DNA of 34,303 nt from a virus. A program made the position numbers and the translations under genes. The notes under the pieces were generated by a model. The model did not search any database. It had not been told where the DNA came from and saw only the letters and a program-made list of their open reading frames with translations. The DNA lies in IMG/VR virus record IMGVR_UViG_3300005647_000015; one strand, given 5' to 3'. This document shows positions 13,877 to 22,911 of this stretch, one piece after another; position 1 is the stretch's first letter, and the number at the start of each line of letters is the position of its first letter.

Positions 13877-15357
13877 TATTTAGGCTTAAACCTCTGGTCA
13901 TCTTCTGGGAACCCTTGCCATCCAATGATGTTGTTTTTATAGAAACTGTCTGCTTTTGTATTTAAAGTCTTTTGGAATGTTTCATAACTTTTTAAAACAA
14001 AACCAACATCAGAACCATCTGGAATAGCTTTTTTGATCATTTTTAAATCATCACCTGACAATGCACCCAATTCAAAAACAGCTTTGTTAGCTAAAGTTTG
14101 AAGCGTTGCACTAAGGTTGTTTAGTTCTGTTTTTGCCTCACTAGGTAATTTTTTAGCTCCATATTCTTTGCGTAATTCTATCAATCTATTAAGTGTGCTG
14201 TTCATCACTTCATGATCAGTGCTAAATGATCTGGCTTTATTTGCGCTTTCTTTACTATAAGCCATTCCTTTTCCAGCTATATACCTGTCTATCCCTTGTG
14301 CTGATTTATTAGCTTGAGCTTTTGCAAACTGATCTAGCTTAATATTAGATTCTGCTTTTTTCTGGTCTAGCGCTGCTATGCTTTGTTTTGCGGCTGCTTG
14401 AGCTTCTTTACTAGAAGCGTTTGATGTCATTTCTACCAAACGCATTTTAGTTTGATCTATTAAGCTTGATTTGGCTGCTTCCATTGCTGCTGATTCATTG
14501 CCAAATTTACTCATAGCCATCTGGTAAAGGTTTTGCTGTGTTCCAGCTTCTCTTCCTTTTTGTGCAATGTTATCTCTTTGCGCTTGAATGTCTTGATCAA
14601 TTTGGCTCATGATAATATCAAGTGCTGCATTTCCATTCATTCGGCCGCCTGCTGCTTGATTTATAGCTGTTCCCATTGTTCCAGCCATAATAGATAATGC
14701 GGCTCCAACTTTTCCGAATGAGCTTTTATTTTTCCAATACTTCCTAGGATCAACACCTTGCGAAGCTTCAGCGCTTAAAGCTTCTATATTGGTTTTGTAC
14801 TTTTCAAACTCTTGATTATAAGCTTGCGTCATTTCTTTTCTGTTTGCGTCTATGCTTTCCATCTGTTGACGGCTTTCTTCATAAACTTTTCCAGTAGCTA
14901 ACTCTTTTTCTGCTCTTGCTTCACCTATTTCATTAATGGCCTTTTTTTCATCATCATAAGCTTTATTTAAACCAAAACTATTAACAGGCTTAGGCTTATT
15001 CATATTAAACCCACCTTGATTAGTGGGTTGCACACCTGAAGCAAAAACAGGGGCCTTTTTTTCAGGTACATCTGGAGCAATTTCAACTGAATTAGGCTGA
15101 TTCATCATGCTTTCTTGAGGTGTAGGTGTAGGAACAGGCGTAGGCATTGGAACTGGTCTACTGCTTGGCATGGGTGGAGCTATAGGTGTGGGCATTGCTG
15201 ATTGCATAGGCATAGGAGGCGCTGGAGGTACAGGCGCTGGCATTGGTGTTTGAGGCACTCCTCCACCATATTGATTTAAAGTGTTTGGTGAAAGTGCATT
15301 TTCCGCAACTTGGATAGTTTGCCCTGTTTGAGGGTTTGTTATCGTTTTAAGTGGCAT
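13876..15357 (-). CDS. Internal virion protein with a Met/Pro-rich N-terminus and a helical body.
   Basis: 493 aa. Residues 36-82 read PMPAPVPPAPPMPMQSAMPTPIAPPMPSSRPVPMPTPVPTPTP. The remainder is Ala/Gln/Lys-rich and helical. Start and stop overlap the neighbouring genes (ATGA-type junctions). Confidence 0.4.
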   Translation of the reverse strand: MPLKTITNPQTGQTIQVAENALSPNTLNQYGGGVPQTPMPAPVPPAPPMPMQSAMPTPIAPPMPSSRPVPMPTPVPTPTPQESMMNQPNSVEIAPDVPEKKAPVFASGVQPTNQGGFNMNKPKPVNSFGLNKAYDDEKKAINEIGEARAEKELATGKVYEESRQQMESIDANRKEMTQAYNQEFEKYKTNIEALSAEASQGVDPRKYWKNKSSFGKVGAALSIMAGTMGTAINQAAGGRMNGNAALDIIMSQIDQDIQAQRDNIAQKGREAGTQQNLYQMAMSKFGNESAAMEAAKSSLIDQTKMRLVEMTSNASSKEAQAAAKQSIAALDQKKAESNIKLDQFAKAQANKSAQGIDRYIAGKGMAYSKESANKARSFSTDHEVMNSTLNRLIELRKEYGAKKLPSEAKTELNNLSATLQTLANKAVFELGALSGDDLKMIKKAIPDGSDVGFVLKSYETFQKTLNTKADSFYKNNIIGWQGFPEDDQRFKPK

Positions 15358-16667
15358 TATTTTTTCCCCTCTAAATCTTTAAGCCTACTATGCAAAGCCT
15401 TAGTAGCAGCTAACACCGCTCCAAAACCCTTAATAGTATCAACTGTTTTTATGCCCTCTTGCGTCTCATTAACTAAGCTTTTACCTACGTTAGATTTTTC
15501 AAGATCTTGAGCCATAATGCCATAAACATCATTTTGAGTGTCACCATAATCTTCTTTAGTGTACTTATATTTATAAGCGTCTAGCTTATCTAGAAAGTCA
15601 TTTACATCTGAATCTGCTCTTTCAATGTCTGTTTTTACATTTTCATCTGAAAACATAGCACCAACTGCTCCAACTCCAGAAATAACGCTACCTACAATTT
15701 GACCTGTTTTATCTGGCTGAGCCATTTCAGCAGCCGTCAAGCCTGCGTTTGTTTGTTGCGCTGTTTGATGTTGTTGCGCTCTTAATTGCTCAAGTTGCAT
15801 ACTAGCTTGCATTTGCGCTTGATCCAGTGTCATGCCTTGACTCATAAAATATTGCGTCATTTGGTCATTCATTTGCCCTTGTTGCATTTGTGCTTGCAAG
15901 TTTACTGTATCCATTTGATTTCTATTCTGTAGCATTTGTAATTCAGCATTTTGATTAGATAATTCAGCTTGATTTGCATAGCCTTGATTAGTTTGAGCTA
16001 TCCCAATATCTTGACTTCTTACGTTGCCATATTGATCACCTAAAGCCATCAAGTTTTGATTAGCTTGCTGGGCTTCTGCTGCTCTTGCCACTCCAGCCTG
16101 TTGCATAAAGTCAGAACTAGCTTGATTCATTGAATTACCTGCTTGCCTTGAAGCGGCTGCTACATTTCCACCTCTTGCGCTTGACTGTATAGCTAAAGCA
16201 TTGTTTAAGGCTTGATCTCTTTGCATGCCTATTGCCATTTCACCAACTGAAACTTGATTACCAGCCGCTTGATTTTGATACTGACCTTGTAAGCTTTGAA
16301 TCATTTGCATTTGCTGTGCTCTTGCTTGATCTGATACGGCTTGACTTTGGTCTATAGCTTGAACTGTTGGAGTGCTGCCTTCATAGGGCATGACTTGCGG
16401 AGCCATCCTATTATCAACTTGATCAAGCCTATTAGTTAGCTGTTCTTGCCATTTGGCACTGTTAGGATCTTGAAAAGCCTCTTCTTTAAAGTCATATGGC
16501 CTTGCTTCAACACTGTATCCATCTTCCTTTAAGCGCCAGTCGTTTATATCTCTTACTGATCTAGAAGATCTTCTTTCCCCACTGTCTTTGTATCGGTCTG
16601 CATCTTGTGAAACATCTACAGTAGTTACTTTATAAGGATTGTCATTTGTTGTTGTATTATTAACCAT
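15357..16667 (-). CDS. Tail fibre/spike-type protein: a Q/N-rich low-complexity shaft plus a C-terminal peptidase-S74 intramolecular chaperone domain.
   Basis: The C-terminus FSDENVKTDIERADSDVNDFLDKLDAYKYKYTKEDYGDTQNDVYGIMAQDLEK...VDTIKGFGAVLAATKALHSRLKDLE matches the S74 pattern 'SD...K.nI......l..l..l....Y.Y........G.iAQ.l....P..v........vdy..l...l..a.q.l...i..Le'. The middle roughly 200 aa is dominated by Q, N, A and M. Confidence 0.8.
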   Translation of the reverse strand: MVNNTTTNDNPYKVTTVDVSQDADRYKDSGERRSSRSVRDINDWRLKEDGYSVEARPYDFKEEAFQDPNSAKWQEQLTNRLDQVDNRMAPQVMPYEGSTPTVQAIDQSQAVSDQARAQQMQMIQSLQGQYQNQAAGNQVSVGEMAIGMQRDQALNNALAIQSSARGGNVAAASRQAGNSMNQASSDFMQQAGVARAAEAQQANQNLMALGDQYGNVRSQDIGIAQTNQGYANQAELSNQNAELQMLQNRNQMDTVNLQAQMQQGQMNDQMTQYFMSQGMTLDQAQMQASMQLEQLRAQQHQTAQQTNAGLTAAEMAQPDKTGQIVGSVISGVGAVGAMFSDENVKTDIERADSDVNDFLDKLDAYKYKYTKEDYGDTQNDVYGIMAQDLEKSNVGKSLVNETQEGIKTVDTIKGFGAVLAATKALHSRLKDLEGKK

Positions 16668-16675
16668 TTTTGCTC

Positions 16676-19600
16676 CTAACCTGATCTTCCAGAATCAGCT
16701 ATTTTATTAACGCCACGTTTCAAACCTGTTTCAATCATTATTGAGCTTAATTCAAAAGCCTCTCCTTTATCTGGAGTGTTTGAGGTCTCAACAAATGCAA
16801 TTTGTAAGGCTTTGCATTTTTGCCTAGGTAAGTGAATTTCTGTTTCTTCATTGTTTACTGGTGTAGGATTTACTACATCTAAGGAACTGCTTTGAATGTG
16901 GTCAAAATAAAATTGCCACGTATAAATAAAATTATCATTAAAATTACCTAATGCCATTATTTTTCTAATTCTTTGAAAACCAGAAACTTTAGAAAGCTGA
17001 AGCCATGCTGTTAGAAACTCTACAAGCACTGGCGTTGTATCATCTGCAAAAATATCTGTTCCTGAATTTCTTTCTGTATAGGTTTCACCATTGGTTCTAA
17101 CGTAGGTAAAAGCCCCATTAAAGAAACAAGCCCCCATGCCTAAATGGTTAGTCCATCTGTACCACTGTTGATAGTAGTGATCATAAACTAAACAATCACC
17201 ATCACTGTGAATGATTCTTACTTGATGCGTGTTAGGTATATGAATAGCTTTAGATACTGTTGAATCATTAAAATCTTCTACCATTGAGCCTACATAGTCC
17301 ATGCCTAAGCCACGGTTTAAGCGATACCATCCCTTTAATGACTTAAACAGAACACCTTCTGCTCCACCTTGACCAAAAATCACACTAACGCTATTAGGCT
17401 CGCTGGTTCCAGCGTCTCTAGAGATAAATTCCGCATCTGTTAGTGTTTCATTAAGCCCTAAATCATCTGGACCTGTACCCAATAGATAAAGCGTTGCGTT
17501 TTCTTCAAACACAATCAACTTTTCATCCATCATGGTTAATGCCTTAACTGGACCTCCAAAAGGATCAATTTTTTTAATAAAGGTATCATTAAAATTTATA
17601 CCCTCTTGAGTCACAAGCTCCTTTGAAAACCATATTTCATTGGGAAATTCTGCAAAGCCCCCCAAAACAATTCTATTTCTATAAGAGGTTAAAGCATTTG
17701 GGGTGGGTGGGTTTATATTGGCTACGGCTCCACCTTGAGTGTAAAGAATCTCATTTGTGTTTATTAAAGAATCTGGTGTGATGTCATGAAAACCTATCCA
17801 AGGCTGGGAAATGAAATTTTTTGTGTAGCTTGTGACTACTAGCGTTGGAAATGCTGAGGCTCTTTGGTCACCAATTCTATAGAAAATACTTCCATTGGCT
17901 TCAGTTCTATAAATCACTACCTTTACATCTGCTATTGGAACACCATTAATGTACTGGTATTTTCTGGTGAACTGTAAACTAGGGATGTTGATACCGCTTG
18001 AGTTTACGGCACTTCCAGCGCTTAAAGTTATGCTAGTTGTTGGACTTGGAGCAGATCTATATATATTACCTTGCGAATCTTCCCATTCATAAATGGCTTT
18101 GTATTGATAAGTGCCATCTTCTATTTTTCCATAGCCTGTTGTTAAAAAAGTAAGTGGCGCTGTAGGATCTGTTGTTACTCCATTAGCTGATCTAGTTACT
18201 CTAATAGTTGGATATCCGCTTGGAGCTTCTACGGCTGTAAAATCTGATCCTGTATTTAATTCCGCTTCTACTTTCTTTGCAACGTCTATAGCTGAATCAT
18301 AAGAATTTATATAAACATCATAAAGCGTTCCACTTAAAGTTAAATCATCAACTGTAAATCTCACTTCTTCTGGTATGTAAAATCTTTGCCCATCTGAAAT
18401 TTTAGAACCTGCTATCAATGTTATATCTGTAATTTCAGGAAGTGATGCGGAGCCTTGCTGCTCTACATTAAATTCTACTAAATCATTATTAACGCTTATA
18501 TAATCAGGGTAGATATGAAAGCCTAATTCATTAACTACAGTCCCATCATACACAAGTAAATCTGAGCCTGTCAGTAGTAAGACTCCATTTTGTTCTGCGC
18601 TCATGATTTTCTTATCTGGATCTAAATCAATTTCAACTAAAGTAATTTTAGTATTATCTTGATTGATTTCATCTAAATCAAACTTTATCCTTCCAGTAAT
18701 TGTGAACACTGAAAATCTAAATTTACCAGTTTCATATGATGTTATTCCAGAAGTGATAGCAATTGATCTACCTAAATAATTAGGAGTGTACCAAAGTTGG
18801 GAGTTTAAAAACTTACCTACAATTCTATAAGCTCCAGCTTCTACATTATCATCAAGGCGAACTGTAAAACCTGTCATTTGATATGCTTCATTGAATCTAG
18901 CAAAGTTACTAAATAAATATCCTAAGTTTACATATAGATTTCCATCAAATAAAAATGGATCTGTAAGCATTTGACATCTATTTTTTATAAGCGTTGTATT
19001 TGTTACTGATCCTAAATCAGTGCATTCTATAAGCGTACATCTTTTTAGTTGATCATCTGCAAAGCCTTTATAATCTACATCTTTTTCTTCTATAACTATT
19101 TTAGCTTCAGCTTCTTCTTTAAAAATTAAAGATATTTTAGAAACTATATTAGAAGTTGTTTCTGGTGTGTTTCTTGTGTAGACGTTTGTTTCTGGTAATG
19201 AATTAGCTAAAGTAGATCCATTAAAAGCAGCCATGTTTATAGTATGATTTGTTCCACTAAAAAACTGTTCTGCATAAGCTATATAAATTTCATTAGTGTT
19301 TGGCTGTATCGCTAAAGAAAATAAATAGATTTGATTAAATGCAGTAGTGTAATTAATTTTAGCAGGGTAGCCATTAGTTCCATCACCTACTGTTCCATCT
19401 GTTTTTATAAATCCAATTGAAATGTAGTTATTTAATACATTATCAGGATAAACAAATACGCATGCATCACTGGCATACTCAACTATATCAACTATTCCGC
19501 TTGGCACTAAACCAGTATCAATAGTAGTAACTGAAGAAAGAATAGAAGGATCTGCTATATCTATGATTGCACATTTAACAGCGCTTGAAGCTCCAACACT

Positions 19601-20179
19601 TGAAATATATAAAATAAAAACAAAGTTACCAGCTTTAGATAAAGATACTTTAAAAATTCCTAATTGACTTGTTCCAGCATCTGCTATGGTATTTTCTGAA
19701 GTTATAACTGTTTCACGTTCAATGTCATAAGCTGAATATCTAATGCCAAAATCATCAACCCATGCTGTGATTTGTATTGAGCCATTCACAATAGAATCTA
19801 CATTGCTTTGCCCTTTTGGTGATGTTTGGATATCTTCTACACTTGAATCAAAAACATCAATAGGGCCTTTTCTTATCTGTTCATTTTGTGCTGTAGAATA
19901 AGAATATAATTCTTTGCCTGTTTCTGAATTACCATCCGCAACAGTTAGAAGCTCTTTTTTATAAGTCCCCTGCCATAATGGACTTAACACAGTATCAGAA
20001 CTATCATAGATACTATTTCCAAGGTTTTCATATCCGTTGCGTTTGGTAATTTTCCCAGTCTTTTGTTGGTAAACATTTTTCATTTCTTCAAATTGATTTA
20101 ATGGTATGTTTTTGGAATCGCTTTTAGCATCGCGTCCCCCATTAAATAACAAATTGAATTGCTGCCATCTTAAAGCCAT
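16676..20179 (-). CDS. Large tail structural protein, in the position of a nozzle/tail tubular B protein.
   Basis: 1167 aa, beta-rich composition. It lies downstream of the adaptor-like gene and upstream of the fibre and internal proteins, as in T7-like gene order. No sequence motif recognised. Confidence 0.4.
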   Translation of the reverse strand: MALRWQQFNLLFNGGRDAKSDSKNIPLNQFEEMKNVYQQKTGKITKRNGYENLGNSIYDSSDTVLSPLWQGTYKKELLTVADGNSETGKELYSYSTAQNEQIRKGPIDVFDSSVEDIQTSPKGQSNVDSIVNGSIQITAWVDDFGIRYSAYDIERETVITSENTIADAGTSQLGIFKVSLSKAGNFVFILYISSVGASSAVKCAIIDIADPSILSSVTTIDTGLVPSGIVDIVEYASDACVFVYPDNVLNNYISIGFIKTDGTVGDGTNGYPAKINYTTAFNQIYLFSLAIQPNTNEIYIAYAEQFFSGTNHTINMAAFNGSTLANSLPETNVYTRNTPETTSNIVSKISLIFKEEAEAKIVIEEKDVDYKGFADDQLKRCTLIECTDLGSVTNTTLIKNRCQMLTDPFLFDGNLYVNLGYLFSNFARFNEAYQMTGFTVRLDDNVEAGAYRIVGKFLNSQLWYTPNYLGRSIAITSGITSYETGKFRFSVFTITGRIKFDLDEINQDNTKITLVEIDLDPDKKIMSAEQNGVLLLTGSDLLVYDGTVVNELGFHIYPDYISVNNDLVEFNVEQQGSASLPEITDITLIAGSKISDGQRFYIPEEVRFTVDDLTLSGTLYDVYINSYDSAIDVAKKVEAELNTGSDFTAVEAPSGYPTIRVTRSANGVTTDPTAPLTFLTTGYGKIEDGTYQYKAIYEWEDSQGNIYRSAPSPTTSITLSAGSAVNSSGINIPSLQFTRKYQYINGVPIADVKVVIYRTEANGSIFYRIGDQRASAFPTLVVTSYTKNFISQPWIGFHDITPDSLINTNEILYTQGGAVANINPPTPNALTSYRNRIVLGGFAEFPNEIWFSKELVTQEGINFNDTFIKKIDPFGGPVKALTMMDEKLIVFEENATLYLLGTGPDDLGLNETLTDAEFISRDAGTSEPNSVSVIFGQGGAEGVLFKSLKGWYRLNRGLGMDYVGSMVEDFNDSTVSKAIHIPNTHQVRIIHSDGDCLVYDHYYQQWYRWTNHLGMGACFFNGAFTYVRTNGETYTERNSGTDIFADDTTPVLVEFLTAWLQLSKVSGFQRIRKIMALGNFNDNFIYTWQFYFDHIQSSSLDVVNPTPVNNEETEIHLPRQKCKALQIAFVETSNTPDKGEAFELSSIMIETGLKRGVNKIADSGRSG

Positions 20180-21136
20180 TTAATAATACTCCTCAATCCA
20201 ACAAAATCCATCGCCACCATCGCCGCCTGATCTAGCTGGGTTACTGTTAGAGTAGTTTATACCACCTAGCCCCCCAACTCCTACTGAGCTTACGTTAGCG
20301 CCATTTCCTGAATTGCTTCTATATCTTTTGCCGCAATTAAAATGATTTCCACCACTAATGCTAGAAGGGTATGGCACGTTAGAGCTTACTCTACTAAGTC
20401 CAACCTCTTGGCCATCAAAGTTATAATCACCACCTATTCCTGTACCGCCCTGACCTCCAAAAATCAAAGATGGTCCGACAGTGTTGGCTCCACCAAAACC
20501 GTGCTTACCTCCAGTGGCTGAAAAATAAGAGCCAAAACTTGTTGTTCCTCCATCTGTTCCATTATTATTACCAGCCGATCCACCAATTCCACCAGCTCCA
20601 ATAGTTACAGTTTCAGAAGCTCCTAATTCACTAACATCAAACCACCTAATTGACACACCAGATCCTCCTCCATGTCCTCCGATAGATTTTCCTGTTCCTG
20701 TACTGGCTGCACCACCAGCACCGCCTCCAGCTCCTGATAACGTGGTCCTTATTTTTCTAACACCTGCACTTGGAATATATATTCCTGAACTTGCAAAAGT
20801 AACTAACTGTTTAAAATCACCATTAGAAAAACCTGAAAATATTCCATTGATTGCTTGAACATCACCAGCGCTGGCTATTAGATTTCCAGTGTTTGAAGTT
20901 ATGTTTCCTTCTGTTGTAAATGAAGTATTTAAAGCTGCTAGTGTTGTGTTTATAGAATCTATTGAAGCTTCTATAGAAGTTAAATCAACTCCTTCTAATT
21001 CTGTTGAAAGAGTCGTAAGATTATTATTAATTGTGGTAAGTGCGTTGCCTGTATCTGAGAAAAGCTCTCTAACATACTCTTGAAACTTATCTAAGTTGAT
21101 GTCGTTGGACTGTAACCTTTTAAGCTCTTTGATCAT
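20180..21136 (-). CDS. Glycine-rich virion protein (N-terminal coiled coil plus GGxGG repeat domain), of the minor tail/fibre class.
   Basis: 318 aa. N-terminus LTTINNNLTTLSTELEGVDLTSIEASIDSINTTLAALNTSF, then SGAGGGAGGAASTGTGKSIGGHGGGSGV..GAGGIGGSAGNNNGTDGGTTSFG..GGQGGTGIGGDY..GVGGLGGINY..SGGDGGDGFCWIEEYY. This resembles the glycine-rich domains of phage minor tail proteins. Confidence 0.5.
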   Translation of the reverse strand: MIKELKRLQSNDINLDKFQEYVRELFSDTGNALTTINNNLTTLSTELEGVDLTSIEASIDSINTTLAALNTSFTTEGNITSNTGNLIASAGDVQAINGIFSGFSNGDFKQLVTFASSGIYIPSAGVRKIRTTLSGAGGGAGGAASTGTGKSIGGHGGGSGVSIRWFDVSELGASETVTIGAGGIGGSAGNNNGTDGGTTSFGSYFSATGGKHGFGGANTVGPSLIFGGQGGTGIGGDYNFDGQEVGLSRVSSNVPYPSSISGGNHFNCGKRYRSNSGNGANVSSVGVGGLGGINYSNSNPARSGGDGGDGFCWIEEYY

Positions 21137-21838
21137 CTAATACATATCCGAATAATCATCAAATCCATCACCTGCATAAATGTCTGTAGCTTGGTTTTCT
21201 TCTCCTATATCTCTATTTTCTGCCATTGACTCTACATGCCGTTCAACTTTTTGCATGTCTCTTTCAATTTCTGAAACATCCGACTCTTCTTTTATTAAAG
21301 CTTTTCTAGCTGCGTAATTTACTATGTAACTTTCCCAATGGTTCTGCGCTTGAAAAGTATCAGTATCATCTACCATCTTTGGCATACTTGGAACGTACCA
21401 AACTTCTATTTGATAAGTGCCAATAGGGGATGGTCTTAGCCATAACTTATCCCCTCTTAGTCTGTATCTAATACCTCTATAAGTGCTATCACTCCATGCA
21501 AAAGGTGTTTGCCCTCTTGAGCGCTCATTGAAATTAAACTTTCTTAAAGGCTTAGCATTGTTACCTGAAAATAAAATGCTCACTCCCACAAGTTTATAAA
21601 AATCATCAATGCCTACTGACTCAAAATCATACGCATCTTGACCACTCACAGTGCTAAAGGTTACAGGATCAGCTACAAAATAATCATTACCATATGCACC
21701 AACTTGCATATCATAAAGCATAGCAGCGCCTTCATTTATCCATGAATCCCAATTTTCATCATTGATAAAGTTTGAATTGGTCATGTCTGCAAGCTCTTTA
21801 GCTCGCTTTCTTATTTCCAATAAAGACACTTTAGCCAT
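21137..21838 (-). CDS. Head-to-tail adaptor / tail tubular A-like structural protein.
   Basis: 233 aa. The N-terminal pattern LLEIRKRAKELADMTNSNFINDENWDSWINEGAAMLYD is typical of podovirus adaptor/connector-proximal proteins. The call rests mainly on position. Confidence 0.35.
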   Translation of the reverse strand: MAKVSLLEIRKRAKELADMTNSNFINDENWDSWINEGAAMLYDMQVGAYGNDYFVADPVTFSTVSGQDAYDFESVGIDDFYKLVGVSILFSGNNAKPLRKFNFNERSRGQTPFAWSDSTYRGIRYRLRGDKLWLRPSPIGTYQIEVWYVPSMPKMVDDTDTFQAQNHWESYIVNYAARKALIKEESDVSEIERDMQKVERHVESMAENRDIGEENQATDIYAGDGFDDYSDMY

Positions 21839-21840
21839 TG

Positions 21841-22065
21841 TTATTTTTCTTCTTCCTGATCAAGGCATAAGGCTATTAAATCTTTAATGGCATAAGCTAC
21901 TATAGATCCATCTTCTTCTTTAATGCCTCTAATGATTCTATTTCCACATCCTTCAAAAGCCAATGAATGCATTTCATATTCATCTATTCGCTTTTCTGGT
22001 TTATGGCTTTCCTTAAGCTTTGATAAGATTCCTAAAACTGGATTATCACCTGCACCTTTTACCAT
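21841..22065 (-). CDS. Hypothetical small virion-module protein.
   Basis: 74-aa ORF, tightly spaced between its neighbours. Confidence 0.5.
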   Translation of the reverse strand: MVKGAGDNPVLGILSKLKESHKPEKRIDEYEMHSLAFEGCGNRIIRGIKEEDGSIVAYAIKDLIALCLDQEEEK

Positions 22066-22066
22066 T

Positions 22067-22450
22067 TTAACGCCCTCTTAGTTTTGTGTTCTGAAAGTAC
22101 AAATTAAAGCTAACTCTGCTGTTTGGATCTGCTGCGATATCTACAACAGCTCCACCAGATCTATCAAAGGTATAAACCTTTATAGTTTTAGCTTCTGAAT
22201 CATACTCACCTACTACTGTAAATTGATCTGTTCCATTCGCTAGCTGGATTTGTGCAAGTGCGCTAATAAGATTCACGTACTTATCTTCAAGCGATAATGT
22301 AAACTCTCCTACATCTGTTCTAGATACTGAAAACCCTTTACCAAAAACGTCTGTAACTTCGCTTGTACTGTTTGGAGCAAAAGAACCAGTTACTATTTTC
22401 ATTTCTTTGGTTAATGATTGAGTATCAAAGAAACGTCTATGCGCTACCAT
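22067..22450 (-). CDS. Tandem paralog B of a small capsid-proximal protein (possibly a decoration or head-tail protein).
   Basis: 127 aa. It shares GSFAP, G.GF.V.RT..GEFTL.LEDKYV, AQ.QLA, VVG, AKTI and AD.N.RV.F.L with 22454..22831, about 40-45% identity by eye. Confidence 0.6.
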   Translation of the reverse strand: MVAHRRFFDTQSLTKEMKIVTGSFAPNSTSEVTDVFGKGFSVSRTDVGEFTLSLEDKYVNLISALAQIQLANGTDQFTVVGEYDSEAKTIKVYTFDRSGGAVVDIAADPNSRVSFNLYFQNTKLRGR

Positions 22451-22453
22451 GAT

Positions 22454-22831
22454 TTATTTTACACTCGAATTGCGAAGATTTAACACAAAGTTTACACGAT
22501 TATTGGCATCTGCTGTTATATCTTGCGGACTGTTTGAGCCTGTATCCATGTTAGTTAAAACAATTGTTTTAGCATCTGAAACGTCAGAAGCTCCAACAAC
22601 TATGTTTTGATCATTCGGTGTAGCTAATTGAAGTTGAGCATTAGCGCTTAACATCTCTACATACTTATCTTCTAAAGTTAATGTAAATTCGCCTGTTCCT
22701 GTTCTTGCTACTGTAAAGCCACGGCCTTTAATATCCGTAATTTCACCAGAACCATCTGGAGCAAAAGAACCAGCTATAATTTTAACTTCTCTATTAATTG
22801 CTTGAATTGGGTGGAATGTTCTACTTGCCAT
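22454..22831 (-). CDS. Tandem paralog A of a small capsid-proximal protein.
   Basis: 125 aa. A strong AAGGAG RBS follows directly after the capsid terminator. It is a paralog of 22067..22450. Confidence 0.6.
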   Translation of the reverse strand: MASRTFHPIQAINREVKIIAGSFAPDGSGEITDIKGRGFTVARTGTGEFTLTLEDKYVEMLSANAQLQLATPNDQNIVVGASDVSDAKTIVLTNMDTGSNSPQDITADANNRVNFVLNLRNSSVK

Positions 22832-22847
22832 TTTTTCTCCTTAAAGC

Positions 22848-22884
22848 AAAAAGGAGCCCTGCGCTATGCGCAAAACTCCCTTTT
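22848..22884 (-). terminator. Rho-independent terminator downstream of the major capsid gene.
   Basis: Minus strand reads AAAAGGGAGUUUUGCGCAUAGCGCAGGGCUCCUUUUUGC. The stem is about 12-13 bp including G-U pairs, the loop is AUA, and a U5 run follows. Confidence 0.8.
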
Positions 22885-22911
22885 GATGTTTAGTTAATTA
22901 AGAGTCACCTC

